Assembly (NCBI GenBank): GCA_963666285.1
Contig: OY762711.1
Strand: one strand, 5' to 3'
DNA length: 64,000 nucleotides
Source: Sedimentisphaerales bacterium
GTDB lineage: Bacteria; Planctomycetota; Phycisphaerae; Sedimentisphaerales; SM23-30
The notes beneath the pieces were generated by a model. It had not been told where the DNA came from and searched no databases. It saw only the letters and a list, made by a program, of their open reading frames with translations. This document shows, in pieces, positions 30,683 through 40,967 of the stretch. Positions within the stretch are counted from its first letter, which is position 1, and each line of letters begins with the position of its first letter. A program made the translations under genes and the position numbers.

Positions 30683-32395
30683 ATGGTTCGACATCTTAAG
30701 TGTGAAGCAGCAAAGATAATTTTACTGGTGTTTATATTGTTGGGAGTATCATCATGTAGTAAGGAAAAAGAAGTTATTGGCATAACTCCTGGAGATTTAA
30801 TCAAAAAAGTAACCGATGTTTATGTCTCAATGAATACCTTTAAGGCTGAAGGTACTATCATAACCAGTTCTAAAATCGAAGGTGAAGATATTAAAATTGA
30901 ACAACCTTTTAAGATACTTATCCAAAAACCAGATCATTACCTTATTGTAAATGGTATTTTTGATAACAAACATGACATAATTGATTCAGGTGCTGTCTGG
31001 AACGATGGTTCCGGTGTGTCTGGGTATCAAGGTTATAATAATACCTACAAGAAACTGAAAAATCAAAACCGCTCTGTTGGTTGTATCAACATGGCCTTGA
31101 TTCCTGTTCCTTGCCTGATGATAGATGGTTTTTTCCATACGAAGCCTTTTTCAATGTTGAAGACTTCCGAAATCACCGGCATTGAAACCATCAATAGCCA
31201 GAAATGTTATGTTCTGGCCGGTGCTTCCGTAATATGGAAAAAAGAAACTTTTTGGATATCGACTAAAGATTATACAATTTTGCAGTATTATCATTCTCTT
31301 GAAAACAATCTACCTGAGGAAATGAATTACCTGAAAAACAGTAAGAATGAAACTCTTTCCGGATTTGACCTGCAGAATCTCAAAGGTGGTGTTACAGTTC
31401 TTTATAAAACGATATCATCGCCGGAGCTTACCAAAGATGATTTTCGGTTCGATTTACCAGAAGGCGCTGTCTTGGAAGATTCCGAAGCAGTAGATTCTGA
31501 TAAACAGACAGAGCTCTCTGAGAAACTTGATATTACTGAACCTGTAGGTGATATTACTCCCGATAGTGACATAGCCGCTGATCAGCTGATTGAAAAAGTT
31601 CGTTATGCTTACGAGACCATCCAAACATATAAATCTGAAGGGGAAATTGTTAGAAAGAGTCTGTCTGATGGGAAAATAGCCGAATTTAAAACGAAGTTTA
31701 CCATGAAACTGAAGAAGCCAAACAGTTATCTTATTTCCTGGGAAATGGATATGGGCTTTATGCCTGGTTTTACTCAAACAGGAGCAGTATGGAATAACGA
31801 TTTTCAATCGTATTTATTTATGGGAATTGCGGGGCAAAATAAGTATTATAAAATGAAAAGCGATGAAATGGCATTAGCTTCAGCAACTGGAGTGTCGTCA
31901 GGGGTAGCTTTTAACGTTCCTATGAGATTTCTTCAAGTTGAGAATGACAGCAGGCCACTATTTTCACAATTGACTGATCCGGTTGTACTTGGTACTCAAG
32001 TATTAAATGGTCAGGATTGCTATGTATTAAGTGGTGCATCCAATGTGTCAGTGGACAATAAATTCTGGATATCTAAGGATAACTTCCTAATTGTTAAGTT
32101 TTATGACTCTCACCAGAAACCGGATGGTTATTATGATGAGAAACCTGAAGAAATTACTGATGAACAGATCGAAGATATACTCAAGCAGTTAGGTCTGGAA
32201 GTTACAGAGAGCAATATCGCAAAAATACGAAAGAATAGGGAGCGGCCTTTGTCATTAGATAATGATACGAAAGAAATTGGCTACAGCTGCGAAACCCACA
32301 ATAATGTTTCTATCTCAGAATTAAACGATAGTGATTTCAAATTCAATTTACCTGAAGATGCTGTGTTAAAAGATAGTTTATTTGATGGATTTTAA
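30683..32395 (+). CDS. Lipoprotein with two LolA/DUF2092-like domains
   Basis: Lipobox-like VSSC; duplicated pattern K.EG.I...KP..Y...GAVWN...CYVL.GAS...FWIS...F.F.LPE.AVL. Confidence 0.75.
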   Translation: MVRHLKCEAAKIILLVFILLGVSSCSKEKEVIGITPGDLIKKVTDVYVSMNTFKAEGTIITSSKIEGEDIKIEQPFKILIQKPDHYLIVNGIFDNKHDIIDSGAVWNDGSGVSGYQGYNNTYKKLKNQNRSVGCINMALIPVPCLMIDGFFHTKPFSMLKTSEITGIETINSQKCYVLAGASVIWKKETFWISTKDYTILQYYHSLENNLPEEMNYLKNSKNETLSGFDLQNLKGGVTVLYKTISSPELTKDDFRFDLPEGAVLEDSEAVDSDKQTELSEKLDITEPVGDITPDSDIAADQLIEKVRYAYETIQTYKSEGEIVRKSLSDGKIAEFKTKFTMKLKKPNSYLISWEMDMGFMPGFTQTGAVWNNDFQSYLFMGIAGQNKYYKMKSDEMALASATGVSSGVAFNVPMRFLQVENDSRPLFSQLTDPVVLGTQVLNGQDCYVLSGASNVSVDNKFWISKDNFLIVKFYDSHQKPDGYYDEKPEEITDEQIEDILKQLGLEVTESNIAKIRKNRERPLSLDNDTKEIGYSCETHNNVSISELNDSDFKFNLPEDAVLKDSLFDGF

Positions 32396-32527
32396 TACTG
32401 ATCTGGTGAAAAACGGCATAACTCGGAGTGTTGATAGTTTTTGATGAATCAATTATTATTGAGAGCGATACGTTGTGAGGTAGGGAAGAGAAGGTAAAGA
32501 AACAGTTTATGCTCATATTAAGGCGAA

Positions 32528-33028
32528 ATGATGATTATTTTACATTGTACACACAAAGCTCAAAAAAGGCTCAAAGTTCCTTTCCAAGATGATTTGCCGC
32601 TTACAGAGAGTAAGTTAGGTAACTGGTATTGTAACGAATTTACATATAATCGAAGTAAGTTTTTGTTATTTGTTAACGAGGGAACTCTGTTGCCGGTTAT
32701 TCTTTCGGTAAAGGCTGCTGGAAATACCGAAGCACTCTTAGATATATTCCGTCAGCGATTTTTTAAGATTTTACTCAATTGGGAAGTTTCTCAGAATCTT
32801 ATAGAGCATGAGCTAGGACAGGTTCAGGAAATTGTCATTGCTAAAACTCAAAGCAAAAGTGTGCTGGGTTCAATGAATGATTTTGTGCGTTGTACGGTTG
32901 GTATGTGTGAGCATCGTGAGATTGCCCCTGATAGTTCAGAGTGTCTTGCACAGTTGTTTCGAATGCCAATGGGGGCTCTGAAATATAAAAGTCCCAGGGA
33001 GGCAACTATGGATTGTTTGGGTAAGTAG
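32528..33028 (+). CDS. DUF6933-like hypothetical protein
   Basis: LHCTHK..KRL, LGNWY, LFVNE.TL, KT.SKSVLGSMND pattern. Confidence 0.7.
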   Translation: MMIILHCTHKAQKRLKVPFQDDLPLTESKLGNWYCNEFTYNRSKFLLFVNEGTLLPVILSVKAAGNTEALLDIFRQRFFKILLNWEVSQNLIEHELGQVQEIVIAKTQSKSVLGSMNDFVRCTVGMCEHREIAPDSSECLAQLFRMPMGALKYKSPREATMDCLGK

Positions 33029-33145
33029 TTGTAATTGTATTGTATTTGTTTTAATAGCAGGGTGAGAAGAAAGTCGTAAGGACTACTGGGAATTTAATTG
33101 AGCCGGTTAATAGATGTTATTATAATAAAATTCTGGAGTACAGTC

Positions 33146-33382
33146 ATGGATCAGGAAGTATTTGAAAAATATGAAAAACGAGCACCCGGCTGGCAGCTGC
33201 GATGCTGCAAATGCGGCCATACCGAGCATTTCGGCAAATACGGCATACGACTAGGTGCGGTATCGTGGAAGAAGTTCAATATCAGCTGGTGCAGTCAATG
33301 CCGGTGGCTGAGATTTCATGCGGTAGAGAAACAGAATAAGACTCTGGCAGAATATAATACTTTAGAACTGCAGAAATGCTGA
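33146..33382 (+). CDS. Small putative Zn-ribbon protein
   Basis: RBS GGAG; CxxC (CCKC) and CSQC pairs. Confidence 0.6.
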   Translation: MDQEVFEKYEKRAPGWQLRCCKCGHTEHFGKYGIRLGAVSWKKFNISWCSQCRWLRFHAVEKQNKTLAEYNTLELQKC

Positions 33383-33395
33383 AAAGGAGTATGTT

Positions 33396-33872
33396 TTGAG
33401 TGAAAAAATAAAACTGCCGAAGGCACTGATTGTAACAGCATATCTATTCATAATTGCAGGCTGGTTGACAGTAATAGGCATGGTTGTCAGTTTGTTTTTC
33501 GACCGATTGGAAATCAATTTCGGTTTTATTGGTATTTTTGTTGGAAGGGGGCTATTAAGATTGGATGAAAGCTGGCGAAAAGGTGCAATGTTTTTCGTCT
33601 GGTTATTATTGATAGCCTGTCCTGTTATGGTCATATCTATGTTTGTTGATCCAACAGAATGGAAATTCGTAATTGGCCGAAATGAATGGTATGCTGAAAG
33701 TGTATTGCAGATAATGATTATGTATGGTATTGACTCAACTTTGTTTGTTGTTGCTTTATGGATGCGACAGGTACTCTTGCGACCTGATATTATAAATTCA
33801 TTTTCGATGAGTTTTGACAGGAAAATGGCAGATGAACTGTCAAGTAAATGGCAGGATAATGTTTCGGGATAA
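33396..33872 (+). CDS. Hypothetical membrane protein (4 TM)
   Basis: RBS AGGAG; four hydrophobic segments. Confidence 0.7.
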   Translation: MSEKIKLPKALIVTAYLFIIAGWLTVIGMVVSLFFDRLEINFGFIGIFVGRGLLRLDESWRKGAMFFVWLLLIACPVMVISMFVDPTEWKFVIGRNEWYAESVLQIMIMYGIDSTLFVVALWMRQVLLRPDIINSFSMSFDRKMADELSSKWQDNVSG

Positions 33873-34035
33873 AGTGTATAAGGGGGTATAATGAAATCCC
33901 ATTTGGGTAAACCTCTTGAAGATGATTCTTTTCTCAAGGAAGATGACAGCTGGCAGCCGATGAAAGAGCCGCCTAATTCTAAAACCCATCAGCCCAAAAC
34001 TGCTTTCTTCTAACTTCTAACATTCTCTTTTTCTC

Positions 34036-34605
34036 TCTCTCTTCTCTCTTCTTACTTTTCTCACCCTTCAGATACTGCAATTTTGATATAAATTTTACTC
34101 GCGCGTCAGCATTAAAACATACGTCCCGATGTACATCGGGACACCTTCTTTACACTTTTTATTTTACCCTATACACTTCAGATGCCGCGGAGCGGCATCT
34201 GGTTGGCCCAGCGGTGAAAATCGGGCGGATAGCCTTAGAGTAAAATCATGCCGTACCAGCTCCATGGCCCGCCGCGCACCTTCCGTTGGCCTGCCGCACT
34301 ACCAGCCGCATACTCTCCGTTAGTATTCCGCGATACCAGTAGAGCTCTTCTTACCGCCGCTGCCCGCCGCGCCTCTCGGCATAGGCTCCGTTTGAGTTCA
34401 TGGTATCGCCGTCCGTCGCCGCTGGCCGTTGTTTTTATCCGTCGCTCGACTTAACGCCGCGATGCCGCCGTTACCCATCCGCGTGTACGCCGCGCACACG
34501 CCGCGATGTCTCCGTATAGCCTCCGTAAAGCTTCGCAGGTATGGCGCAGCGACCCGCGAGGTTTTATTCAGCTTTAAATAAAACCTCGCATGGACGCAGA
34601 CATAT
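34036..34605 (-). repeat. Copy A of a GC-rich non-coding element (inverted relative to copy B)
   Basis: Reverse complement aligns to about 38840-39407; includes GTCCCGATGTACATCGGGAC and CAGATGCCGCGGAGCGGCATCTG. Confidence 0.9.
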
Positions 34606-34656
34606 TTCACGCGAACATATTACATATAGTAAAATTAATTTTACTAAAAAATGAGA

Positions 34657-35310
34657 TTAGATATGATTTATCTGCCTTTTGAAATACCCGGCAAGAGTGG
34701 TACCAAAACCAGCAAGAACAACCGCTCCCGGGGCTGGAACACATGGTGCCGGATTACCGCCTGATGATGAACCGTCATAATAACCATAGCTTACTTCAAA
34801 AGTGCTATCTGCTGAAAATGAGCCGAAAAGACCTATGGTGCCAGAAATTACAAAATCAGTATGCCAATCATCGCTAACACAATACCAGCTGCCGTTACCA
34901 GAGGTTGCCCCTTCATTATATACAATACCGGGATAATCAATTCTCAGCCCGGAAACCAGGCCGTCAGAATTAGTTACAACAAATTCATAATAATTGACAT
35001 TGTTATAAACATCACATGGGTACGTCAAGTAATAGGTATTATTGAGTAAAGTGAGCAGCAATCCTCCGCTGTCATACTGAAGATAATAGCCATTACTATC
35101 ACCTCTATCCCATCCTCCATCTCCATAAAATAGAATCGGCGATACCAGGCTGCCATTATCTTCAAATTCAATCTGATATATGCCATTATCGAATCCGGAA
35201 TATTTAACGGTGCCGTAAATATCGGCATTAAGCGATCCGTTAGAAAAACTTGCATAAGATAATGAACATAACGCCAGTAACACAATAATAAAAATACCAA
35301 ACCTAGACAT
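34657..35310 (-). CDS. Secreted protein with a PEP-CTERM-like (VPAP) tail
   Basis: RBS GGAGG; signal peptide; VPAPGAVVLAGFG...KRQ. Confidence 0.8.
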   Translation of the reverse strand: MSRFGIFIIVLLALCSLSYASFSNGSLNADIYGTVKYSGFDNGIYQIEFEDNGSLVSPILFYGDGGWDRGDSNGYYLQYDSGGLLLTLLNNTYYLTYPCDVYNNVNYYEFVVTNSDGLVSGLRIDYPGIVYNEGATSGNGSWYCVSDDWHTDFVISGTIGLFGSFSADSTFEVSYGYYDGSSSGGNPAPCVPAPGAVVLAGFGTTLAGYFKRQINHI

Positions 35311-35557
35311 CCAACACACCTCCATTTTCAAAATAAAGGGACACTCCCAACTGATTATGATTATATAAACCCAGTCAGGCACACAATTAATAACACTCAC
35401 TTAAAACACTCAACAATGTTTTAAGCACACAAATTTGAAACTCAATATTCTGTAAAGGCATTTTTATGCCATCACTCAAATACATGCAAATAATAAATAC
35501 TTACATGAAATGCACTCACAAATTGTATTAAAGATTTCCAGATATGAAAAGTGATCT

Positions 35558-36295
35558 TTATTGACTAACTTTTGTAACCAGAGTAATAACAGCGATTAAG
35601 CCGCCCAGAGCAGCAACCGCCATAATAATAGTCATCATAAACAGCATACTGAAACGGCTGTTCTGTGTATTAATCATTTCCTGGAGGTGCTTTTCGTTTT
35701 CCTCCATCATCTGGCCTATATTGGCCAGACTGGCAGCCTGTGCCTGGCTGTGTTCGCTGACACTCCTGATAGAACTGTTGAATTCATTAAAGGCTTCTAC
35801 CTGCTGACCCTGATTTTCCAGGCTTTTGACCACATTGCCGGAAATCTCACTAAGCTGTTCGAGTTGTTTGCGGGAATCTTCCGGTAGAGATTTCATGAGT
35901 TCTGCAAGCTGCTCCTGACGCATAGCCTGCATTTTCATATATTCAGCAAGGTCTGTAAGTGCTTTATTCTGGCGACTTAAGCCTTCCGGTAGAAGTTCGG
36001 CAAGCATTGTAACCTTGTTGTTAAGGTCAGCGGCCTGCTCGCGATGTTGAGAAACGTTTTCGTTCATCTCACGAATAACATCAGTAAGTCGATTGAAGCC
36101 TTCTTCAATAGCAGCGATAGGTTTTGGCTTTTTGGTTCCGCCCTTACTTGCTAAAACAAAGTCGTCGTCAGCCTGAGATGAGTTGTCGATAATTAAACCT
36201 TCAGCATCAACATTAGTGACATCATCGCCAACTTTTGTGTACTGATTTCCTTTAAGCCAGCCTCCAAATCGCTTCCAAACTGATTGCTTTTCCAT
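35558..36295 (-). CDS. Coiled-coil protein with a C-terminal membrane anchor
   Basis: Q/E-rich helical core and a single C-terminal TM segment. Confidence 0.75.
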   Translation of the reverse strand: MEKQSVWKRFGGWLKGNQYTKVGDDVTNVDAEGLIIDNSSQADDDFVLASKGGTKKPKPIAAIEEGFNRLTDVIREMNENVSQHREQAADLNNKVTMLAELLPEGLSRQNKALTDLAEYMKMQAMRQEQLAELMKSLPEDSRKQLEQLSEISGNVVKSLENQGQQVEAFNEFNSSIRSVSEHSQAQAASLANIGQMMEENEKHLQEMINTQNSRFSMLFMMTIIMAVAALGGLIAVITLVTKVSQ

Positions 36296-36520
36296 TACTC
36301 AACCCGTATAAAAAAAGTTTCTCTATTTTACCCCCGGAAAACACGAGCATTACACATGCCATGTCCAGCATTTATCTCCAAGTCCTATAATATTAGATTT
36401 GCAGATAAATACAAACAAAAAAATGGTAATAAGCAGATGATTGATAAGCGGTTACAGAAAGATATTATGTAAGTAATTACCTGTAAATGACTAACCAAAC
36501 ACGCATCGAAACGACAAATA

Positions 36521-37897
36521 TCATGAAGCGGTTAAAAGCATGTTCCGACGGTGAACTTCATTTTTAAACTTCTGGAAGTCATCATCAGAAATATTACTTG
36601 CCCGAGCGCTCATAATAGTATTGTTATGTAAAAGCGGCTCATCAGCTGGTATATCCATTAGTCGGCATGATTCGCCAAACATGGGAGTATGAGGAATTGG
36701 AGTATATTGACAAAGTCGAGCCATAACACCTGCCTGATTAACAGCTTGTGCCGATGCCTGCATTTGTTCGAGCCTCTGCCCGGGCAGGCCATTTAGGATA
36801 TACGCCTCTATCTGAGAAGCCTTATACCCTGCTGACATGAGATTTCGCACGGCATTCTGGAAATGCAAATCCGATACCTTGTTATCGCTGGCTTTCTGAT
36901 ATTCGGGTGAGGTATCGGAAGCTTCATAGCTGAGCCGAATCATTTCAAACCCGCCCCGTTTCATAAGAGCCGCTATCTCGGGAGTAATCAGCCTGCAATG
37001 CAAACCATTGGGGCTATGGAGCTTATACGGCAAACCGGTTTTTATAACCCCTTCGACGATAGGGATGAACCTCTTTTCGGCGTTGACCAGCAGAGCATCG
37101 TCCTGGAAGGCGAGATCGTATCGTTCACGAGAGTCCATAAGTTTGGTAATATGAGCGATATGCTCTAATGCCGTTTCCGGAGAGCATTGCTGAAACGTGG
37201 GCTGTAGAATTGTACCGGCACAATAATCACAGCGATTGCAGCAGCCAAGCGATGTCAGGATCGAGAAATAGTTCAGGCTATGGTAGAGATCAAAGGCCGG
37301 AGCAGGCCAATCGGCGAAGTCCGGGGATGGCCGGTCGGTAATTGCTATATTAAGTTTATCTTCCAGTATATTAAGCACTTGCAGATGGTCTGTGCCGGGC
37401 ACAACAACATCTGGCTGACATATCTTAGCGGCATGCTCCTGCATAAGAGTGGCATAAACGCCGCCGAGCAGAATCGGCGTGGCCGGCATATGCTTACGAA
37501 CCGTTGCAATGGCATCACGGACACCCGGATACCAGTATGTCATGATGCTGGTAACCAGAACGGCGTCAATACCTTCAGCAGCATGTTTGGCAAGCAGGTC
37601 CTGGAAAATGTCGTCCGGCATGCCGAACCGGTAGTAGTATCTAGGTATATGCTTTATGGGTGTCGGTTTGTCAATTTTTTGGGCAAAATACTTGCCGGTA
37701 TTGTTTGGCCGGGTCTTTTCCCTGGGAAGATCTACCATGGCCGGGTGAAACCGGTCCATACAGTCAATTAGAGATACCTGGAAACCAGCAGACCTCAGCC
37801 ATGCGGCTAAGTAAAGAATTCCCAATGGCTTAGCAAACAAGTCAAACGCGGCAAAGTCGTAGACAGGCGGATTTATTAATAGCAATCTCTTGGACAT
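36521..37897 (-). CDS. B12-binding domain radical SAM protein
   Basis: LLINPP...PLG..Y, GGVYAT, TSLGCCNRCDYC (CxxxCxxC). Confidence 0.9.
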   Translation of the reverse strand: MSKRLLLINPPVYDFAAFDLFAKPLGILYLAAWLRSAGFQVSLIDCMDRFHPAMVDLPREKTRPNNTGKYFAQKIDKPTPIKHIPRYYYRFGMPDDIFQDLLAKHAAEGIDAVLVTSIMTYWYPGVRDAIATVRKHMPATPILLGGVYATLMQEHAAKICQPDVVVPGTDHLQVLNILEDKLNIAITDRPSPDFADWPAPAFDLYHSLNYFSILTSLGCCNRCDYCAGTILQPTFQQCSPETALEHIAHITKLMDSRERYDLAFQDDALLVNAEKRFIPIVEGVIKTGLPYKLHSPNGLHCRLITPEIAALMKRGGFEMIRLSYEASDTSPEYQKASDNKVSDLHFQNAVRNLMSAGYKASQIEAYILNGLPGQRLEQMQASAQAVNQAGVMARLCQYTPIPHTPMFGESCRLMDIPADEPLLHNNTIMSARASNISDDDFQKFKNEVHRRNMLLTAS

Positions 37898-38052
37898 TCA
37901 GGTATTATAATACAGTTGGTAGTTATAAGAAAGAAGTTAGAGGAAATATCTACGCTTTGCTGAAATTTTCCTGGCGCGATGCCGAAAAAAGCAGACCGTA
38001 TTAGATAAATTGTTTTCAGATAATCACTTATATCAAGAAAGGATATTATATT

Positions 38053-38508
38053 ATGTTTATAGAAAGTAAGGTTAGAGAGTTGGGAATTGAGATACCAAAG
38101 GCAGCCAAAGCAGTTGGCAACTATGTACCTGTTGCTGTATCTGGCAAGATCGCATACGTTTCGGGCCAGATACCAGTTGTAGACGGAACCGTAAAGTATT
38201 GTGGTAAAGTAGGTTCTGACATATCAATAGAAGAAGCCCAGCAGGCGGCAAGGGTATGTATGTTAAACGGACTGGCACAATTGAGGGAAACAGTCGGCAG
38301 CCTGGACAATATCAGGAGCATAATCAAGATCGAGGTATTTGTGAATAGTTCAGCCGGTTTCACCGACCAGGCAAAAGTAGCAAACGGCGCATCTGATTTA
38401 CTGATAGAGATTTACGGCGAGGAAGGCAAACATGCCCGGGCAGCAGTTGGTGTTGCGGAGCTGCCGCTGAACTCAGCAGTTGAAATATCAGTTATAGCAG
38501 AAATCTAA
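38053..38508 (+). CDS. RidA/YjgF family protein
   Basis: GNYVP, YVSGQIP, VANGASDL, HARAAVGV.ELP..S.VEI. Confidence 0.92.
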   Translation: MFIESKVRELGIEIPKAAKAVGNYVPVAVSGKIAYVSGQIPVVDGTVKYCGKVGSDISIEEAQQAARVCMLNGLAQLRETVGSLDNIRSIIKIEVFVNSSAGFTDQAKVANGASDLLIEIYGEEGKHARAAVGVAELPLNSAVEISVIAEI

Positions 38509-38720
38509 ACCGGGTATATGTGGCGACGTGTTTTTTTGATTGCAAGAGCAGCTGTTTCAATATTTTATAAAAACATAAAAAGAAATCGACACCCTATTTT
38601 TGGATTTTTCTCAGCATATTACCTTATGCCGCATCATTTGTGTGCTATAATATAAGTAGGACTATATGTCCCCGATATACATGCCGAGCATGTCCTATGC
38701 CGGTATGGCTTTTGAGTGAA

Positions 38721-38758
38721 ACCTGCCGGGTTTTGTGCTATCCGGCAGGTATTTTTTT
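38721..38758 (+). terminator. Rho-independent terminator
   Basis: ACCTGCCGG...CCGGCAGGT followed by ATTTTTTT. Confidence 0.7.
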
Positions 38759-38839
38759 GGCTGAATTTAGGGATTGTGTTTCTTGAAAAAAGTTAAGTTT
38801 TGTTAACTTTATATAATAACAGTAAGTGATAGTTTGGAT

Positions 38840-39407
38840 TTGTCTGAGCAAAAGCTGCTCAAAGTCGCTGGCGGCTGATTGATGGTATGCGGAAGTATTG
38901 CGACGGCGAACGGAGACATCGTGGAGTATGCGCGGCGTGTGCGCGGAGGGTAACGGCGGCAGCGCGGCGTTATGTCGAGCAGCGGATTTAAACGGCGAGC
39001 AGCGGATTTAAACGGCGGGCAGCGGCGACGGATGGCGCTACCATGAACGCAAACGGAGCCTATGCCGAGGGGCGCGGCGGGCAGCGGCGGTAAGAAGAGC
39101 TCTACAGGTATCGCGGAATACTAACGGAGAGTATGCGGCGGCAGTGCGGCGGGCCAACGGAAGGTGCGCGGCGGGCCACGGAGGTGGTACGGCATGATTT
39201 TACTCTAAGGCTATCTGCTCGATTTTCACCGCTGGGCAGACCAGATGCCGCTCCGCGGCATCTGAAGTGTAAAGGGCAAAATAAAAATTGTAAAGAAGGT
39301 GTCCCGATGTACATCGGGACGTATGTTTTAATGCTGACGCGTGAGTAAATTTTATATCAAAATTGCAGTATCTGAAGGGTGAGAAGAGTAAGAAGAGAGA
39401 AAAGAGA
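38840..39407 (+). repeat. Copy B of the GC-rich non-coding element
   Basis: Inverted copy of about 34036-34605; carries an extra 20-bp tandem duplication GAGCAGCGGATTTAAACGGC. Confidence 0.9.
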
Positions 39408-39455
39408 AGGAAGAAGGAAAAAGCGGCATTGAAAGTTTAAAGTGTAAATTTAAAG

Positions 39456-39482
39456 TGTGAGTTCAGTGCATAGGTAACGGTT
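39456..39482. mobile_element. IS481-like terminal remnant
   Basis: TGTGAGTTCAGTGCATAGGTAACGGTT; TGT terminus and box shared with 1938-1990. Confidence 0.45.
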
Positions 39483-39490
39483 AAGATAGT

Positions 39491-40130
39491 CTAATTTTGC
39501 ATCTTAACAGTAATTCCCCCATTAATAGTCTTTAGGGCACCTCTAAAAATTCATTTTGTGTTGCGAACTACTCTTTTGCTCGCTGAACTGCGTCATACAA
39601 AACCGCAAATATCATTAAATATGAGCGGTTTTATCTTCCTTGTCAGCAAACAAAATATTTATTTCTCACATCAAAAGCAATTTCCAGAGGTACCCTTTAT
39701 TTTAACTTTCCGTTGCCATTTCCAATAATACCTCTAAGCTTCTTATGGTCAGGATTTTTTGTGACTTGCGGCAAGTTTGAATCGATATGACCAAGATCTG
39801 TCGATACATCTATATTGCCAGAATAATCTTTTGGCAGTGTTAGCCATATGCAGCCTGTATTAGCGGATAATGAAACGTCGCTAACCTTTGATCCCGGTAT
39901 ACATTTCATAGAAATATTTCCTGATATTACAGCTCCTGTCAATTCATCCACCAAAGCCTCACCATTTATCGATCCAGTCTTTACCTTTAGTTCCATATGC
40001 TGTGATTAAACGTCATCCAGCTTAATATTTCCACTGTTGGTATTGGCTGTTACATTTCCTTACACTTTTTTGATCTCAATCGAGCCGGTTATAGTACTAC
40101 AGTCAACTGAACCGTCCAGGCCGGTTACCG
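39491..40130 (-). pseudogene. DUF4097/adhesin-like beta-repeat gene remnant, frameshifted and split by a MITE
   Basis: Repeated T..G.I motifs (VKTGSING, ANTGCI, TDLGHI); the C-terminal KTINGGITVK lies beyond the MITE; no intact start. Confidence 0.65.
39535..39695. mobile_element. MITE (161 bp)
   Basis: TIRs GGGCACCTCTAAAAATT / AATTTCCAGAGGTACCC; TTTA direct repeats at 39531-39534 and 39696-39699. Confidence 0.75.
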
Positions 40131-40967
40131 ATTATGCTAAATCTAGCCCGATTTCTTATCTTAAAAACAAGGATTTCTAATCGTTATTTGCTATTTCTTG
40201 GCAATAAATACTAGAAAATAGCTTGTGCCTTGGAACCACTTACCGTTAAAATACCTACTGGAAATACAGTAATTACTTCTTTGGCAGTTAATACAAGAAA
40301 TATTTACTGTAGATTTGGTTGAGATTCGACTGGGATTCGGTCGGATTATTACGAACAAAATTCTTTAGTATTCCAACATATAAGTTGAAAACATTCTTAT
40401 TAATTCAACTTTAAAATGCTCACAAGAGAAGGATTATGCGCATAAGTCGGGATATTGGAATATCTCGGAATTAATATTAATTCCTTTGAAAAGGAGACCT
40501 TGTTATGAAAATGATTCGATTGTTGTTATTGTTGGTTTTGTTGTGTGGTTCAAGTAATTATTTAATGGGTGATATCACATACTATAATAACCAAGATAGC
40601 GGTGAGGGGGAAATAGGTGTAATGTCTGCCGGGCTTACCTTTGACCCTGATACAGATGTTCCTTTTGCAAAAAACACTCCTGTCGTAATGTACTGGTTCA
40701 GCGTGAACTGGACAAATCCGTTTCCAATTTAATAGACTTTACGTCTTGATTTTAACAACATGTTTTGCCTTCGGCAAGGCTTTATTTTACAGGTTTTTTA
40801 AGGCATTACAAAGCTCTGAATGATCTTTGAAAATGGTGGCAGCGTGCAACCACCACCATAACGACAATTCGTCGCTCAGTTCCGGCTATCCCTGGCAGGT
40901 TGCACCTCTGCAGAGCCTGCTTCCGTTTCGCCGGACAAATGCATTATCAATTACATCATTCAAACTG

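Noticed and set aside
32528..33872. Integron cassette array for the runs of small AT-rich genes (also 7764-8455 and 22645-23356)
   Set aside because: No integron integrase, and no convincing attC sites (RYYYAAC...GTTRRRY with internal symmetry).
34129..34323. ORF MYIGTPSL... and its counterpart at 39102-39314 as a duplicated small protein
   Set aside because: The similarity follows from the DNA repeat. The ATG lies inside the palindrome, there is no RBS, and the two copies change frame relative to each other.
34036..39407. Composite transposon, CRISPR array or rRNA/tmRNA/RNase P interpretation of the long repeats
   Set aside because: No transposase or TIR/TSD, no regular repeat-spacer periodicity, and none of the conserved motifs of those RNAs were recognised.
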